Assembly (NCBI GenBank): GCA_046331665.1 | Contig: JAXLQK010000023.1 | Span: forward strand, 36,692 to 100,691 | DNA from: Terriglobia bacterium | GTDB taxonomy: Bacteria; Acidobacteriota; Terriglobia; Versatilivoradales; Versatilivoraceae | Length of the DNA stretch: 64,000 bases | Direction: 5' to 3' | Part shown: positions 44,041 to 54,598 of the stretch, in pieces | Layout: each line of letters begins with the position of its first letter | Numbering within the stretch: position 1 is the first letter of the stretch | The notes under the pieces: generated by a model | Seen by the model: only the letters and a program-made list of their open reading frames with translations | Databases searched by the model: none | Told to the model about the DNA's origin: nothing | Translations under genes and position numbers: made by a program

Positions 44041-45063
44041 ATGGGAGTCGGAATTCGCACCCACGAGTTGCGTAAGATCTACTATTCTCCACCGGCGTTT
44101 GCTTCCGGTGCAGGCTCCCTGTTTTCCTCAGCGCTCGGCCGCAAATCCAACAGGCCATCCAACCCGGAAATCATGGCTCTCGATGGCCTCACCTTAAATG
44201 TCGAACCGGGTGAGATCTTTGGGCTCTTGGGACCAAACGGTGCCGGGAAATCCACGACAGTGGGCATCCTCACCACTCGGGTACGCCCAACCAATGGCCA
44301 GGCATGGATCGGCAAATTTGAGGTCTGGAAGGAACCCGTGGTTGTCAAACGCTTGATCGGGGTGGTGGCGCAACGCCCCAACCTTGACTTCTCGCTGACG
44401 GCTCTGGAGATTTTGCAGTTTCACGGCGCTTACTTCGGGCTGGAAAAAAAGGAACGCACGCAAAGGGCCGAAGGGCTTCTCGATCGATTCAAGCTACGCG
44501 ATCGCGCAGATCAAATCGTGCGCGGCTTTTCCGGCGGGATGATGCAGCGGCTTTCGATTGCCCGCGCCATGATGCATGATCCGCAGATTCTCTTTCTGGA
44601 TGAACCCAGTTCCGGGTTGGATCCCCAGACCCGCTTGCTCCTCTGGGAAATCATTCGAGAATATAACCAGAGTGGAAAAACGATTTTGATCACCACTCAC
44701 AATATGGAAGAGGCGGACGCCCTCTGCCAGCGACTGGCGATCATCGACCATGGAAGAATCATTGCCTTGGGAACGCCTGCAGAGTTGAAAGCTTCCGTCC
44801 CCGGTGGCTATTTGCTGCGGCTCAAATTCGGCCAAGACCCCACTCAACTCTTTCCACCATTCCAAAACCTGGCCGGGGTCCGCGAAGTTAGAGCAACGGC
44901 CGGCCATGGGGCGGATCTCTATGCGGACCGGGGCGGCTCGCTGATTCCAGAAATTGCCAATCTCGCCGTTGCCGCCGGAATTGAGCTGTCGGATGTGCAT
45001 CTCTCCGAACCAAGTTTGGAAAATCTCTTCCTCCATCACACCGGAAGGAGTTTGCGCGAATGA
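44041..45063 (+). CDS. ABC transporter ATP-binding protein (ABC-2/DrrA-like exporter)
   Basis: Walker A GPNGAGKST. Signature LSGGMMQRLSIARA. Walker B ILFLDEPSSGLD. The ORF extends upstream to 43981. Confidence 0.85.
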   Translation: MGVGIRTHELRKIYYSPPAFASGAGSLFSSALGRKSNRPSNPEIMALDGLTLNVEPGEIFGLLGPNGAGKSTTVGILTTRVRPTNGQAWIGKFEVWKEPVVVKRLIGVVAQRPNLDFSLTALEILQFHGAYFGLEKKERTQRAEGLLDRFKLRDRADQIVRGFSGGMMQRLSIARAMMHDPQILFLDEPSSGLDPQTRLLLWEIIREYNQSGKTILITTHNMEEADALCQRLAIIDHGRIIALGTPAELKASVPGGYLLRLKFGQDPTQLFPPFQNLAGVREVRATAGHGADLYADRGGSLIPEIANLAVAAGIELSDVHLSEPSLENLFLHHTGRSLRE

Positions 45064-45830
45064 ACGGGAAGGCGTTTTTGGCCATGCTGGCGCGCGATGC
45101 TCATGTAGCTCGCCGCAACCTCGTGCCTCTGCTCTTGCAGACGTTTTTGCAGCCGCTCATGTTTGTATTTATTTTCGGCCGGGTGATGGTTGGGAGTGGG
45201 TACATGCCCCCTCAATATAAGAGTCTGCTGCTTCCCGGCATCATGGCTCTCAGCATGGTTGGGGCGGGAATTTGGTCTGTCGCCATGCCCTTGATTGCCG
45301 AATTTCAATTTACCCACGAGATTGAAGACCGCCTGCTGGCACCCCTGGATGTCAATTGGTTGGCCATCGAGAAGGTTGTCGCCGGCGTCCTTCAGTCACT
45401 GGCTGCAGGCCTGGTCGTCATCCCCGCAGGGTGGCTACTGCTCCGTCCAGGAATCGAAATCAGCCTGCAGGCGCCTCTAACTTTTCTTATCATCGCCCTG
45501 CTTGTCGGACTCTTCTCCGCATCAGGCGGATTGGTTCTCGGATGTAGTATTGGTCAAGCCCATGTCGGGCTGATGTTCAGTCTGGTCGTCGCTCCGATGA
45601 TTTTTTTCGGCTGTACCTACTATCCCTGGAGCGCGCTCGCGCCCTTCCCTTTCCTGCAACACGCGGTACTCCTTAATCCACTGGTCTATGCCAGTGAAGG
45701 ATTGCGTGGAACATTGGTCCCGCAATTCCCTCATCTTTCCGTATTGGCCGTATTGTCTGGACTGGGGATTGCCGACTTGCTCTTCCTTGCCGTGGGCCTC
45801 CGGCAGTTTCGAAAAAAAGCCATCGACTGA
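45060..45830 (+). CDS. ABC-2 type transporter permease
   Basis: 256 aa. Six TM segments. Overlaps the ATPase stop by 4 bp. Confidence 0.8.
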   Translation: MNGKAFLAMLARDAHVARRNLVPLLLQTFLQPLMFVFIFGRVMVGSGYMPPQYKSLLLPGIMALSMVGAGIWSVAMPLIAEFQFTHEIEDRLLAPLDVNWLAIEKVVAGVLQSLAAGLVVIPAGWLLLRPGIEISLQAPLTFLIIALLVGLFSASGGLVLGCSIGQAHVGLMFSLVVAPMIFFGCTYYPWSALAPFPFLQHAVLLNPLVYASEGLRGTLVPQFPHLSVLAVLSGLGIADLLFLAVGLRQFRKKAID

Positions 45831-46076
45831 TGAAACCTTGAGACGAAAGAAAGCAACCTCATGAGATGCTTCCCCATTTCGTCAGGCTAAGAATGAGTCC
45901 TTGCGTCTGTGAATGCTCTGGGTTGGTATTGGAAAGCCAAGCGGATGGGAGACTGGCGGGGGAGACTGCCGGGTCAACGGATTGCGTCGCGTTCCTATCG
46001 ACACATGACTCAAGAACGCCATCAGCAACCCTGGACAGGAGCAGTCTCCTTTCTCGCCTGGATTGACTCTCAAGTC

Positions 46077-46547
46077 CTATTGCTTGTCGTACACGCCGAT
46101 GTTGTGAATTTTCTTCCCATTGTCTTCGCCGGTCATGATGATTTTCATGGTTTTGCCATCATGAGAAATCTCGCGTTTGGCATGCCGAACAACCTTGCCG
46201 GCCTTTTTCAAAGTGGCTTCGGCGGTGTGTTCATTGACGCTCTTGACGGCAATACTGTCGAATAGGGGTGAACCCGTGACTGGATAGTCTTTTCCGTCGT
46301 ATTTGGCTGTATAGGTGAAGGAGGTCTTTTTACCGTCTGCCTCAATCGTTTCGCCTGTTCTCTTAATTCCATTCGCTGTTTCTTCATACGTCACTGTCGA
46401 ACTCTTGGGTGCCGGGCCGGGATCGAACTTGGATTTTTCAACATTCATTTTCCAGGTACCGACGATCGCATCCGCTGCGAACAACGGAATCGAAACAGCA
46501 AGCCCCAACAAAATGACCAGCATTGAAAGAAAGAATTTTCCTTTCAT
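46077..46547 (-). CDS. Small secreted hypothetical protein (Lys-rich, beta-rich)
   Basis: Signal peptide MKGKFFLSMLVILLGLAVSIPLFA. No recognised family. Confidence 0.5.
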   Translation of the reverse strand: MKGKFFLSMLVILLGLAVSIPLFAADAIVGTWKMNVEKSKFDPGPAPKSSTVTYEETANGIKRTGETIEADGKKTSFTYTAKYDGKDYPVTGSPLFDSIAVKSVNEHTAEATLKKAGKVVRHAKREISHDGKTMKIIMTGEDNGKKIHNIGVYDKQ

Positions 46548-46663
46548 AGTGTCTCCTTTGTAGATTGGATGGATTCGCTTCAAAGATGCCAGATTTACCG
46601 CGGAACCGGTATAATACGTTCGTCCTTCGAAATTAGCAAGCCTTGACAAGGGTCGGATCCAAC

Positions 46664-48274
46664 ATGATCAAACTCAGTCGTCGGGAGCTATTGCGGCTCG
46701 GCGTTATGGCTTCGGCTGGAGCCGTGGCTCAACGGTATTTCAGTCAGGAGAGGAAGTCCGGCACCTCAATTCCTGCCTGGAAGCCGGGGGATCCCATTGG
46801 ATATATCAGCGCCGCCATTCCTGATTTCAAATTGCCGCCCTACCGAGGTGAACGGTATGAAGCCACAGTCCCCGACACCCTGGATCTTGCAGAACGAGCC
46901 AGCCTGGCCATCCACGCCTTGACGGAAGCCACCAATCCCCTGGCCGATCACGAGATTTACTGCATTGTCTACCTGCATACGAACCCTCCTTCGATGATGC
47001 AGAATTGCTGGCATCCTACCCTGCTTCCGAAATTCATGTGGGCGCTCACCTTGGCCCGGAGGGTGAGTGGAAGTGATCTCAACCTGCAGGTTGATCGCCG
47101 CTGGATGGAGGTCGCCTTGCAAATGCAAGGACCGGATGGGCTCATTTACGCACCCATCAAGGGACGACCCTGGGCTTTCGAGTGGTGGCAAATTCGCGGC
47201 CTGGAGTTGCCCTCGGAACAGATCCTTCAGCCGTTTGACTGCGGCGTCATGCTGAGCACCATCTCCCAGCTGGCTCGCCGCGATCCCAATGGAGTCTGGA
47301 AGGAATCACTGACGCGGCTTGCCGGCGCAGTGGCCGAGCTCGCCGTGGTTGAAGGGGATTGCGCCTACTTCTGGCCCTCCTGCATCCTGGCCGACAAGAA
47401 CCGCCCTGCTCATCCTGCGATGTCCACACTCCCTTTCGAGATGGAAACCTCCGTTGTCCCTTTGGGGTTAGTCCATGCTTATGGAGTCCTCGGCTCCGAG
47501 CCTGCCCTTCGTTTGGCCGGGAAGTTCATTAACTATTTGCGGAAGAATTTCTTTCAACCGGACGGCAGTTTTCTGGCCCGCCCAGGCCTGGCGCTCAAAG
47601 CGCATACGCACTCCCACCTTCGTGGTCTTTTGGCGATGGAGGAAGTCGCTGAGGTGAGCGGCGATCGGGAACTCATGGATTTTGTAGTGCGCTCCTTCGA
47701 ATACGTGCGCGATCTCGGTGCGAATGTAGCTCCCGGCAAGGCCGATTCCGACCTCGTCAAAACGCCAGGGGCCGGGCTGGTGGGGTTTTTCCCGGAGTGG
47801 ACCAATTCCCCGTCCCTTCAGACCGCGGAGACCTGCCAAATCGCCGACATGATCGCCCTGGCCCTGCGGCTGAGCGAGGCCGGCGCCGGAGACTATTGGG
47901 ATGATGCGGACCGCTGGATCCGCAATCAATTTGCCGAGAATCAGCTCTTGGATTCTGCTGCATTTACCCGCATGGCCAAGTCTGGTCCCCCACCGAATTC
48001 CGGTAACAACTACAGCACCGATCGGGTGATTGAACGGAATCTCGGAGCCTTCGCAGGTTGTCCAAGCCCCAACGACTGGTATGCCCGGGCCGCGCGCGGG
48101 CAGCACGCCATTGGGCATTGCTGTACAGCCAATGGAACGAAGACTCTGGCCTGGATTTGGGAGCGCATCGTCCGGTACAAGGATGGAAAGCTGAAAGTCA
48201 ATCTCCTGCTCAACCGGGCCACATCATGGGCAGACATTGACAGTTATATCCGTATCAAGGACGCATTGACGTGA
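46664..48274 (+). CDS. Tat-secreted (alpha/alpha)6-type glycosidase-like protein, possibly GH127/DUF1680-like
   Basis: Twin-arginine signal SRRELLRLGVMASAGAVA. Conserved-looking CC motif (GHCCTANG). GH127 is a guess from overall length and pattern. I recognised no strict catalytic signature. Confidence 0.45.
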   Translation: MIKLSRRELLRLGVMASAGAVAQRYFSQERKSGTSIPAWKPGDPIGYISAAIPDFKLPPYRGERYEATVPDTLDLAERASLAIHALTEATNPLADHEIYCIVYLHTNPPSMMQNCWHPTLLPKFMWALTLARRVSGSDLNLQVDRRWMEVALQMQGPDGLIYAPIKGRPWAFEWWQIRGLELPSEQILQPFDCGVMLSTISQLARRDPNGVWKESLTRLAGAVAELAVVEGDCAYFWPSCILADKNRPAHPAMSTLPFEMETSVVPLGLVHAYGVLGSEPALRLAGKFINYLRKNFFQPDGSFLARPGLALKAHTHSHLRGLLAMEEVAEVSGDRELMDFVVRSFEYVRDLGANVAPGKADSDLVKTPGAGLVGFFPEWTNSPSLQTAETCQIADMIALALRLSEAGAGDYWDDADRWIRNQFAENQLLDSAAFTRMAKSGPPPNSGNNYSTDRVIERNLGAFAGCPSPNDWYARAARGQHAIGHCCTANGTKTLAWIWERIVRYKDGKLKVNLLLNRATSWADIDSYIRIKDALT

Positions 48275-48606
48275 AGGTGAAACAGCAGGCCCATCTACTG
48301 GTTCGAATTCCAGAATGGGTAACTCCAGATCAAACACACTGCCGTGTCAACCAGCGGGAAAGAACCCTTTCTTGGGAAGGACGCTATGCCGTGGTTGGCG
48401 GGGTCCACGCAGGCGACCTGGCAACTTTGACCTTTCCCATGGTTGAGCGGACCGACAAGGTCTTGATCGAGAAAGCGGCTTACACGCTCATCCGCAAGGG
48501 GAATGAAGTCGTTGCCATTGACCCGCCAGTGCCTACGTCCCTCTCTACCAACGCCAATCCTACCGTGGTAATGAACCAAAATTCAGGAAGGTATCTCGCT
48601 TCGTGA
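48271..48606 (+). CDS. Probable detached C-terminal beta-sandwich domain of the upstream glycosidase-like gene
   Basis: The sequence RIPEWV...VNQ...GRYAVV...AGDLATLTFPM resembles the C-terminal RIPxWa/GD..L.LPM pattern of DUF1680/GH127-type proteins. It starts in another frame overlapping the upstream TGA. Confidence 0.4.
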   Translation: MKVKQQAHLLVRIPEWVTPDQTHCRVNQRERTLSWEGRYAVVGGVHAGDLATLTFPMVERTDKVLIEKAAYTLIRKGNEVVAIDPPVPTSLSTNANPTVVMNQNSGRYLAS

Positions 48607-48754
48607 GCAACGAGACCATTTGAGAAATTCATCCCCGAGGATTCATCCTTAAACGTTTATCCAAATTCGATTCAGCGGGCGCGAAAAGTCGAACCCCGAA
48701 AGTTGGTTGGTGGAGATGGATTCGCTTTAGCCTACCGCCAATTTCGTGTCACGT

Positions 48755-49423
48755 TTAAGGAGCGGGTTGAAGGGCCGGAGTCCTTTTTCCCGCAATAGCC
48801 AGAGTAATGGCTCCTGCCAGCATACCGACGATGACGGTAAAGCTCACCCAGAACAATATCTGCGGGAGGAGGCCGATCACCACGAATCTGGCAAACCAAC
48901 CCATTTCCGGGAGTCCGGGCGGTGGTCCATCATAATGAGTGCCCCAACTGCCTTTGATCGCAAAAAACATGATCACGATCACCGGAATTCTGGCCGCCAG
49001 GCCGTAGGCTGCTAAAATTCTGGCCAGCTTCGACCAGCCACAAAGTTGAACAAGGCCGGCTGCTGCGGCTAAGAATTGAAAAGTGACGATGAACCCCGGT
49101 GACCCCATGTGGAAAAACAAGCTGGTGAGAAAGGATCCCCCCACAATGATGAGCACTCCAAGGCCAAGATATGCAAAAATCCGGCCCAGACTTGGAGTCT
49201 CGCCCTTGTTTCTCAGTTTTAAGGCAAAATAGATGCCGAAGATCGGCACCAGCCAAACGATTCCCATCAAGGCGGCTCCTCCGCCGGGTTGTGGGTTGAA
49301 CAAAAACGGCGACCAATGTTGTAATTCGCCGACCAGCCGAAGAATCGAGAGTCCCAGCGTCAGCACGGCGGGAATCAGGATCAGATCCCAAGTCGAAGGA
49401 ACACTTTTTGTGTTTTCCGTCAT
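48755..49423 (-). CDS. Hypothetical integral membrane protein (about 6 TM)
   Basis: 222 aa hydrophobic ORF. No family recognised. Confidence 0.5.
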   Translation of the reverse strand: MTENTKSVPSTWDLILIPAVLTLGLSILRLVGELQHWSPFLFNPQPGGGAALMGIVWLVPIFGIYFALKLRNKGETPSLGRIFAYLGLGVLIIVGGSFLTSLFFHMGSPGFIVTFQFLAAAAGLVQLCGWSKLARILAAYGLAARIPVIVIMFFAIKGSWGTHYDGPPPGLPEMGWFARFVVIGLLPQILFWVSFTVIVGMLAGAITLAIAGKRTPALQPAP

Positions 49424-49609
49424 GAGCTTTCCCCTTTCATGTCAAGTAGAGTGCCTAGATTAGTCGATCTCGCCCCGGAACACCACAATCGGTTTGAAGA
49501 AAGGTTTTGCTTTCATTCGCAAGGCCGGAGTGAAATTTGCGCCACTGCTTGGAGAAGCCCATTCGACAGTGGCACAATGCACAGTGCAACCCGTTCACCG
49601 ACGTACCGT

Positions 49610-50736
49610 TCATTTCTGCTCCCGGTTAAGCAGACGCCGCTTCCGTTCCACGCCCCAGCGGTATCCTGACAGTTTGCCATTGGAGGCAATGACACGATGA
49701 CATGGAATGGCCACTGCGAGAGTATTGGCCGAACAAGCACCTGCTACCGCGCGAACGGCTCGCCCATTTCCCAGCCGCTTCGCGAGTTCCGCATAGGACA
49801 TCGTCTTTCCTGCAGGAATTTCACGCAGTGCTTCCCACACCCTGCGCTGGAAGGCGGTGCCGCGAATGTCGAGAGGCAACTCCGGTCCCTTCCTGGGATT
49901 TGGTTCATCAATCCATCGCACGACGGATTCGACCCAGCCAGCAAACGCAGGGCCGGGGGCCGTCAAATTCGCTTGAGGAAAACGGGACTTGAGATCATCC
50001 AAAAGGCTGGCGGGATCATCCCCCAGCAAGATCGCGCAGACGCCCTTGTCTGTGGCCGCCACCAGAACATATCCAAGAGAACATTGTCTAGCGGCATGCC
50101 AGATCGATTCTCCCGGCCCTCCCTTACGGTAGGTTGAGGGTTTCATCCCTAAAATGTCCGGCGCCTCCTCATAAAAGCGAGAGGAGGCGTTAAATCCAGA
50201 GGCATACAATGCTTCAGTGACTCTCGAACCGGAGCGGAGTTTGTCCTGTAATCGGATATGGCGAAGCGTGGCCGCGTAGGATCGAGGGGTAACCCCCACG
50301 ATCTTTTTGAACAGTCGGTGAAAATGGTAACGACTCATTTCAGCTTGCGCCGCCAGTTTAGACAAGCTTGGGGTTTCTTCCGCCGCCTCCATCCTTCGAC
50401 AAGCAGCCGTCACTAATGCTCTTTCGCGCTCTTCCCGTGACTCTTCGGAAGGGCGGCACCGTTTGCAAGGCCGAAACCCGGCCTGCTCTGCGTCTCGAGG
50501 CGTCAGGAAAAATGAGAGATTCTCCCGGTTCGCGCCCGGGAAGGACAGGAGGGGCGGCAGTAGATACCGGTCGATTTCACCGCGAACACAAATTGCCCGT
50601 CGGCGGAGGAATCACGACGGCAAACAGCCTCCCATCGCGCTTTCTCGGTCGCAAACAATGAATGGGTGGCCATCGAATCGATCCATCTAGGGGTACTCAC
50701 TTTGGTGCGCATGCTATCACCTCGTCTTGTCGGCAT
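49610..50736 (-). pseudogene. ada: Ada regulatory protein (Zn-binding methylphosphotriester domain + AraC HTH + O6-methylguanine-DNA methyltransferase), split by one frameshift
   Basis: Ada N-terminal domain ([22 protein letters not shown]) in ORF 50503-50736. Homology continues in another frame (ENLSFF...AGFRPCKRCRP) into ORF 49610-50413, which carries the AraC HTH and the MGMT active site (IPCHRVI). The break is at the CCGGG run near 50525. Confidence 0.8.
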
Positions 50737-51098
50737 TCAGAATATTGATCCCGGTGCGTCAGATCAAGACTCACTTTAACCCTTCCAAGAATTCCGTACA
50801 CTCCGGTTCTTGCGTTGTAATTCCTGGATCTTCAGGTGAATTGGATCTGTCGAAATAGGCAGCCCAAAAACCCTGACCACGTCGAAGCCTGGCAAACAAC
50901 TACGCCGGCTCACCCTTTTGCTCAATGCCGACATGAATGATCCATGCCCGGTTACTTCGGGATGCAGCCTTTAGCTCAGTGAGTATCGCAACGAAGGGAG
51001 ATTTTCTATTTATTGGTCGGGAAGGTTGGCAGACAGCTTCATGACCTGGTACCCGCCTTTGGAACGGTCATGCAACCAGATGCCGCCGAAGACGACGA

Positions 51099-52220
51099 TC
51101 AACAGGAGGGCAAAAGAATGATCTCACGGAGCACAATTTCCGGACCTCGGGCATCATAAATTCGTCCCATAATGGGAAGAACCAGGGCCACAGACAAATT
51201 GCCCGCTCCTCCCATAATCGCGAGCAGAAGTGCACCGCCTGCGGGAAAACGCTCCGAAGTAACTCCCAGCATGGTCGGCCAGAAGTAACAAATGCCCACC
51301 GCAAACACAGTCGCCGTCACAAACGTGGGCAGTGGCGATCTTGACGCACTTAAACCGAACAAACCGACAGCCGAAAAAAAGGCGGCGGCGATTAACAGTG
51401 CAATGGGTGAAAGCCGTTTCACCAGGGGACCCGCAAACAGCCGGCCGGCGGTCATGATGCCATTAATCCAGGCCAGCACCAGAATCCCGGGCAGATGGGC
51501 CGTGGTTGTCAGGATATTCGGAATCCACTGGTTCGGCCCCAACTCCGTGGACGCAGTCAAGAGCATGCAAAAAACCCATACCAGGAACTGGGGGCGAAGT
51601 GCCTGTTTATACATTTCTCGAGCCGGGATCCCATGCCGGACTCTTTCGGTGAGCGGAAAGCGTTGGCCCACCAACAAGGCTCCATAGATTATGGTCGGGA
51701 CCAGCAGGAGAAGCATTTTTGCCTGCCAGTTAAAATTCATGGCGGTGAAACCATAGACGACCAATCCACCCAGAAGAATGCCGCCGGGAAACCAGGCATG
51801 CAAGGCATTAAGCTTCTCGGTCTTGTGTTCCGGATATACGCTCGCGATGAGAGGGTTGACGGCCCCTTCTACAAAACCGTTGGCCAATCCCAGAATGAGC
51901 GTACCTGCCCACAATTGCCAGAATCCTGTCGCCATGATAATGCTCAGCGTACCGACAGCATGCCCGATGAATGCCAAGGTCATCAACCGTCCCATCCCCA
52001 GCACATCGCAAAGCTGGCCGCCCGTGAAAATGGAGACAGTGAACCCCCAAAAAGCGGCCCCAGAGATGAGGCCCAATTGTTCCTTATTCAGGTGAAATTG
52101 GCGGCTCAAGTCTTCCAAAATATCGCCGCGCACCGTGAAAGTCAGCGCCAAAGTCACCATGGAGAAGCAGCTGGCAACGTAAAGCCGATTCCGGTTCGAT
52201 ATCACTGAAGGTTCGGTCAC
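51099..52220 (-). CDS. MFS transporter
   Basis: 373 aa. About 11-12 TM segments. MFS-like N-terminal loop motif. Confidence 0.75.
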   Translation of the reverse strand: MTEPSVISNRNRLYVASCFSMVTLALTFTVRGDILEDLSRQFHLNKEQLGLISGAAFWGFTVSIFTGGQLCDVLGMGRLMTLAFIGHAVGTLSIIMATGFWQLWAGTLILGLANGFVEGAVNPLIASVYPEHKTEKLNALHAWFPGGILLGGLVVYGFTAMNFNWQAKMLLLLVPTIIYGALLVGQRFPLTERVRHGIPAREMYKQALRPQFLVWVFCMLLTASTELGPNQWIPNILTTTAHLPGILVLAWINGIMTAGRLFAGPLVKRLSPIALLIAAAFFSAVGLFGLSASRSPLPTFVTATVFAVGICYFWPTMLGVTSERFPAGGALLLAIMGGAGNLSVALVLPIMGRIYDARGPEIVLREIILLPSC

Positions 52221-52391
52221 GCGATTCTCTCTCTTCCTTTTCCATCCACGCTTTCTTTAAAGGAACGGTTTTTGTCACTACTCCATAATGCTGGCTTTCA
52301 CCTGAACACAAGGGAGATCTTGGAAATCAGCATCCCTACTAAGAACCCCTACACCCCACAACCAAACGCTTGCCAACTGCCGGGCAGCACC

Positions 52392-53237
52392 CTATCTTAA
52401 AGCCTTCCTGAGGAATTTGACTCCCTTGATGGCGATATCGTCTTTGTTTGGTTCGATATGGCGCCAGATCGCCGCGGCTCGCGCGATGACTTTGACTTCG
52501 GGAGTAAAGGATTCAATGACCACGTCTCTTTGGTAACGGATCTTTTTGAGGGCGGCCGCAATGCTCTTCCAATCAATATGGTCGCTGCCCGGCGTGCCTC
52601 GATCACAGCCACAGGCATGAAAATGGAATAGGGATTTTCCGGCCCGTCGCAGGGCACGCGCCGTATCTTTTTCCTCAATGTTCATATGGAAAGTATCCAG
52701 GAGGAGGCCGAGCGCGGGGCTTCCTACATCCTTCACCATTTGGAGTCCCTGTTCACAGGTGTTGATGAAATCCGTCTCGAAGCGGTTCAACGGCTCCATG
52801 GCGATTCTTTTCTCTTTTTTTTCCGCATAACGACAAAGGGTTTTCAAGTGTCCGGTCACCAGCTTCCACTGCGCTTTTCGCTCTTTTTCGGGCACATATT
52901 CCGCTCTTCCCACCGAGGAATAAATGGGACCCACCAAGGTGGAACAGCCAAGCACATCGGAAATGTCCATGACACGACGAATGTAATCCAAACTAGTCTG
53001 CTGCTCCTCTTTGGTTCCGCGCAGATCGCGACCCGGACCGACCGCGCATCCCATGGCGCCGCACACCAATCCATGTTTATCGAGCTCCGCTTTGATGAAT
53101 CTGGGGTCGATATGAGATTCGTGCTCCAGAGGAATCTCAACCGAATCAAACCCCCAACGTTTGAAATCCTTAAAATAGCGGACACTCTCGTTGGTGAAGG
53201 GGGAAGTGAACACAAAGGTATTAATGCCAAATCGCAT
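52392..53237 (-). CDS. Sugar phosphate isomerase/epimerase (xylose-isomerase-like TIM barrel)
   Basis: 281 aa. AP_endonuc_2-like pattern (MRFGINTFVF...WGFDSVEIPLEH). Confidence 0.8.
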   Translation of the reverse strand: MRFGINTFVFTSPFTNESVRYFKDFKRWGFDSVEIPLEHESHIDPRFIKAELDKHGLVCGAMGCAVGPGRDLRGTKEEQQTSLDYIRRVMDISDVLGCSTLVGPIYSSVGRAEYVPEKERKAQWKLVTGHLKTLCRYAEKKEKRIAMEPLNRFETDFINTCEQGLQMVKDVGSPALGLLLDTFHMNIEEKDTARALRRAGKSLFHFHACGCDRGTPGSDHIDWKSIAAALKKIRYQRDVVIESFTPEVKVIARAAAIWRHIEPNKDDIAIKGVKFLRKALR

Positions 53238-53265
53238 TAAGCATTCTCCTCTCGATAATTGGGTT

Positions 53266-54561
53266 TCACACGAATTCCGTTTGGCCCGGCACCGGCACCA
53301 AAGGAAGAGGCAGTTTACCCCAAGTCAGCTGCGAAGGCATCAAATCAAGCGTGGAATTGAGTGCCTGGTCCCAGGTTACAGCCTTTCCCGTGTAGGCGGA
53401 CATTCGGCCCATGATGGCGGTCAAGGTACTTTCCGCAATCCCCTGAAGCTCATTCACTACCTTCCCGCCCCGAATGTTGGCTATGAGGTCGATGTGCTCC
53501 TGGAGATAAGCATCATTGTCTTTCCCCCGGAAACGCCATTCCGTTTCTCCCTTGATGGAATACTTGTCAACCTGACAGGTGCCACGGGTCCCCGCGAGTG
53601 ATTGGGAAACTTCCTTGTCGCACCCATTCATCTGGCGGCAAAAACTCATCATATGGCTTCCATCGGCATACTCGTAGTCGACGGCAAAATGGTCGAAAAT
53701 TTGTCCGTATTCCGGAGCCGTCCTGACCTGCCGGCCCCCCATACCCAAGGCTCTCACTGGATGAGCGCCTTTGGCCCAGTTGATGACATCCAGGCAATGA
53801 ACGTGTTGTTCGACGATATGATCCCCACAGAGCCAGGTGTAGTAATACCAATTTCGCATCTGGTACTCCATGTCGCTCCATTGAGGTTGTCGGGGTTTCG
53901 GCTCCCAAGCTCCACCCTGATTCCAATAGCAGCGACCGGAGGTGATTGAACCGATCGCTCCATCATGAATCCGCTTCATCGTTTCCAGATACCCTACCTG
54001 GTGATGACGCTGTGTTCCTACCGCAATGCAGAGGTTCTTGGCTTTGGCCTCTTCATAGACAGAAAGGCAGAGTCTAACTCCCGGACCGTCGACAGCAACG
54101 GGCTTTTCGGCAAAGACATGCTTCCCTGCTCCCACGGCGGCTTTGAGATGCTGGGCCCGGAATCCCGGGGGGGTCGTCAGAATCACATAGGTGATGTCCG
54201 TGGCAAGCACCTTATCGATGGCGTCAAACCCGACGAAACAGCGTTCTTCCGGCACATCGATCTTTTGCCCATGGGCATCGGTAAGTAGTTTGCGGCTCTT
54301 ATCGAGTCGATCGCGAAAGACGTCTCCCATGGCCACCAGCTTGACATTGGGGGCCGCCGTGACGGCCTGGGCAGCGGCACCTGAACCTCGATCGCCGCAC
54401 CCCACCAGCCCAACCCGGATTTCATCACTGCCCGCGGCGTGAACGGCGGGCAATGAAAGTAATGGGGAGAGGAGTTGACTGGCACCAAGAGTCACCACAG
54501 AACCTTTCAAAAAATCGCGCCGTGAACGCACTGTCTCGTTGAACTTCGTTTTTTGTTTCAT
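53266..54561 (-). CDS. Gfo/Idh/MocA family oxidoreductase, Tat-secreted
   Basis: Twin-arginine signal SRRDFLKGSVVTLGAS. Rossmann motif VGLVGCGDRGSG. Gfo/Idh/MocA C-terminal domain. The start is taken at MKQKTKF. The ORF extends upstream to 54657. Confidence 0.85.
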   Translation of the reverse strand: MKQKTKFNETVRSRRDFLKGSVVTLGASQLLSPLLSLPAVHAAGSDEIRVGLVGCGDRGSGAAAQAVTAAPNVKLVAMGDVFRDRLDKSRKLLTDAHGQKIDVPEERCFVGFDAIDKVLATDITYVILTTPPGFRAQHLKAAVGAGKHVFAEKPVAVDGPGVRLCLSVYEEAKAKNLCIAVGTQRHHQVGYLETMKRIHDGAIGSITSGRCYWNQGGAWEPKPRQPQWSDMEYQMRNWYYYTWLCGDHIVEQHVHCLDVINWAKGAHPVRALGMGGRQVRTAPEYGQIFDHFAVDYEYADGSHMMSFCRQMNGCDKEVSQSLAGTRGTCQVDKYSIKGETEWRFRGKDNDAYLQEHIDLIANIRGGKVVNELQGIAESTLTAIMGRMSAYTGKAVTWDQALNSTLDLMPSQLTWGKLPLPLVPVPGQTEFV

Positions 54562-54598
54562 CGCTATTCCTCCATCGGTAAGCGTATCGCGCTTAGGG

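Noticed and set aside
47468-48118. 216-aa minus-strand ORF
   Set aside because: Antisense to the Tat-secreted glycosidase-like gene.
51495-52208. 237-aa plus-strand ORF
   Set aside because: Antisense to the MFS transporter gene.
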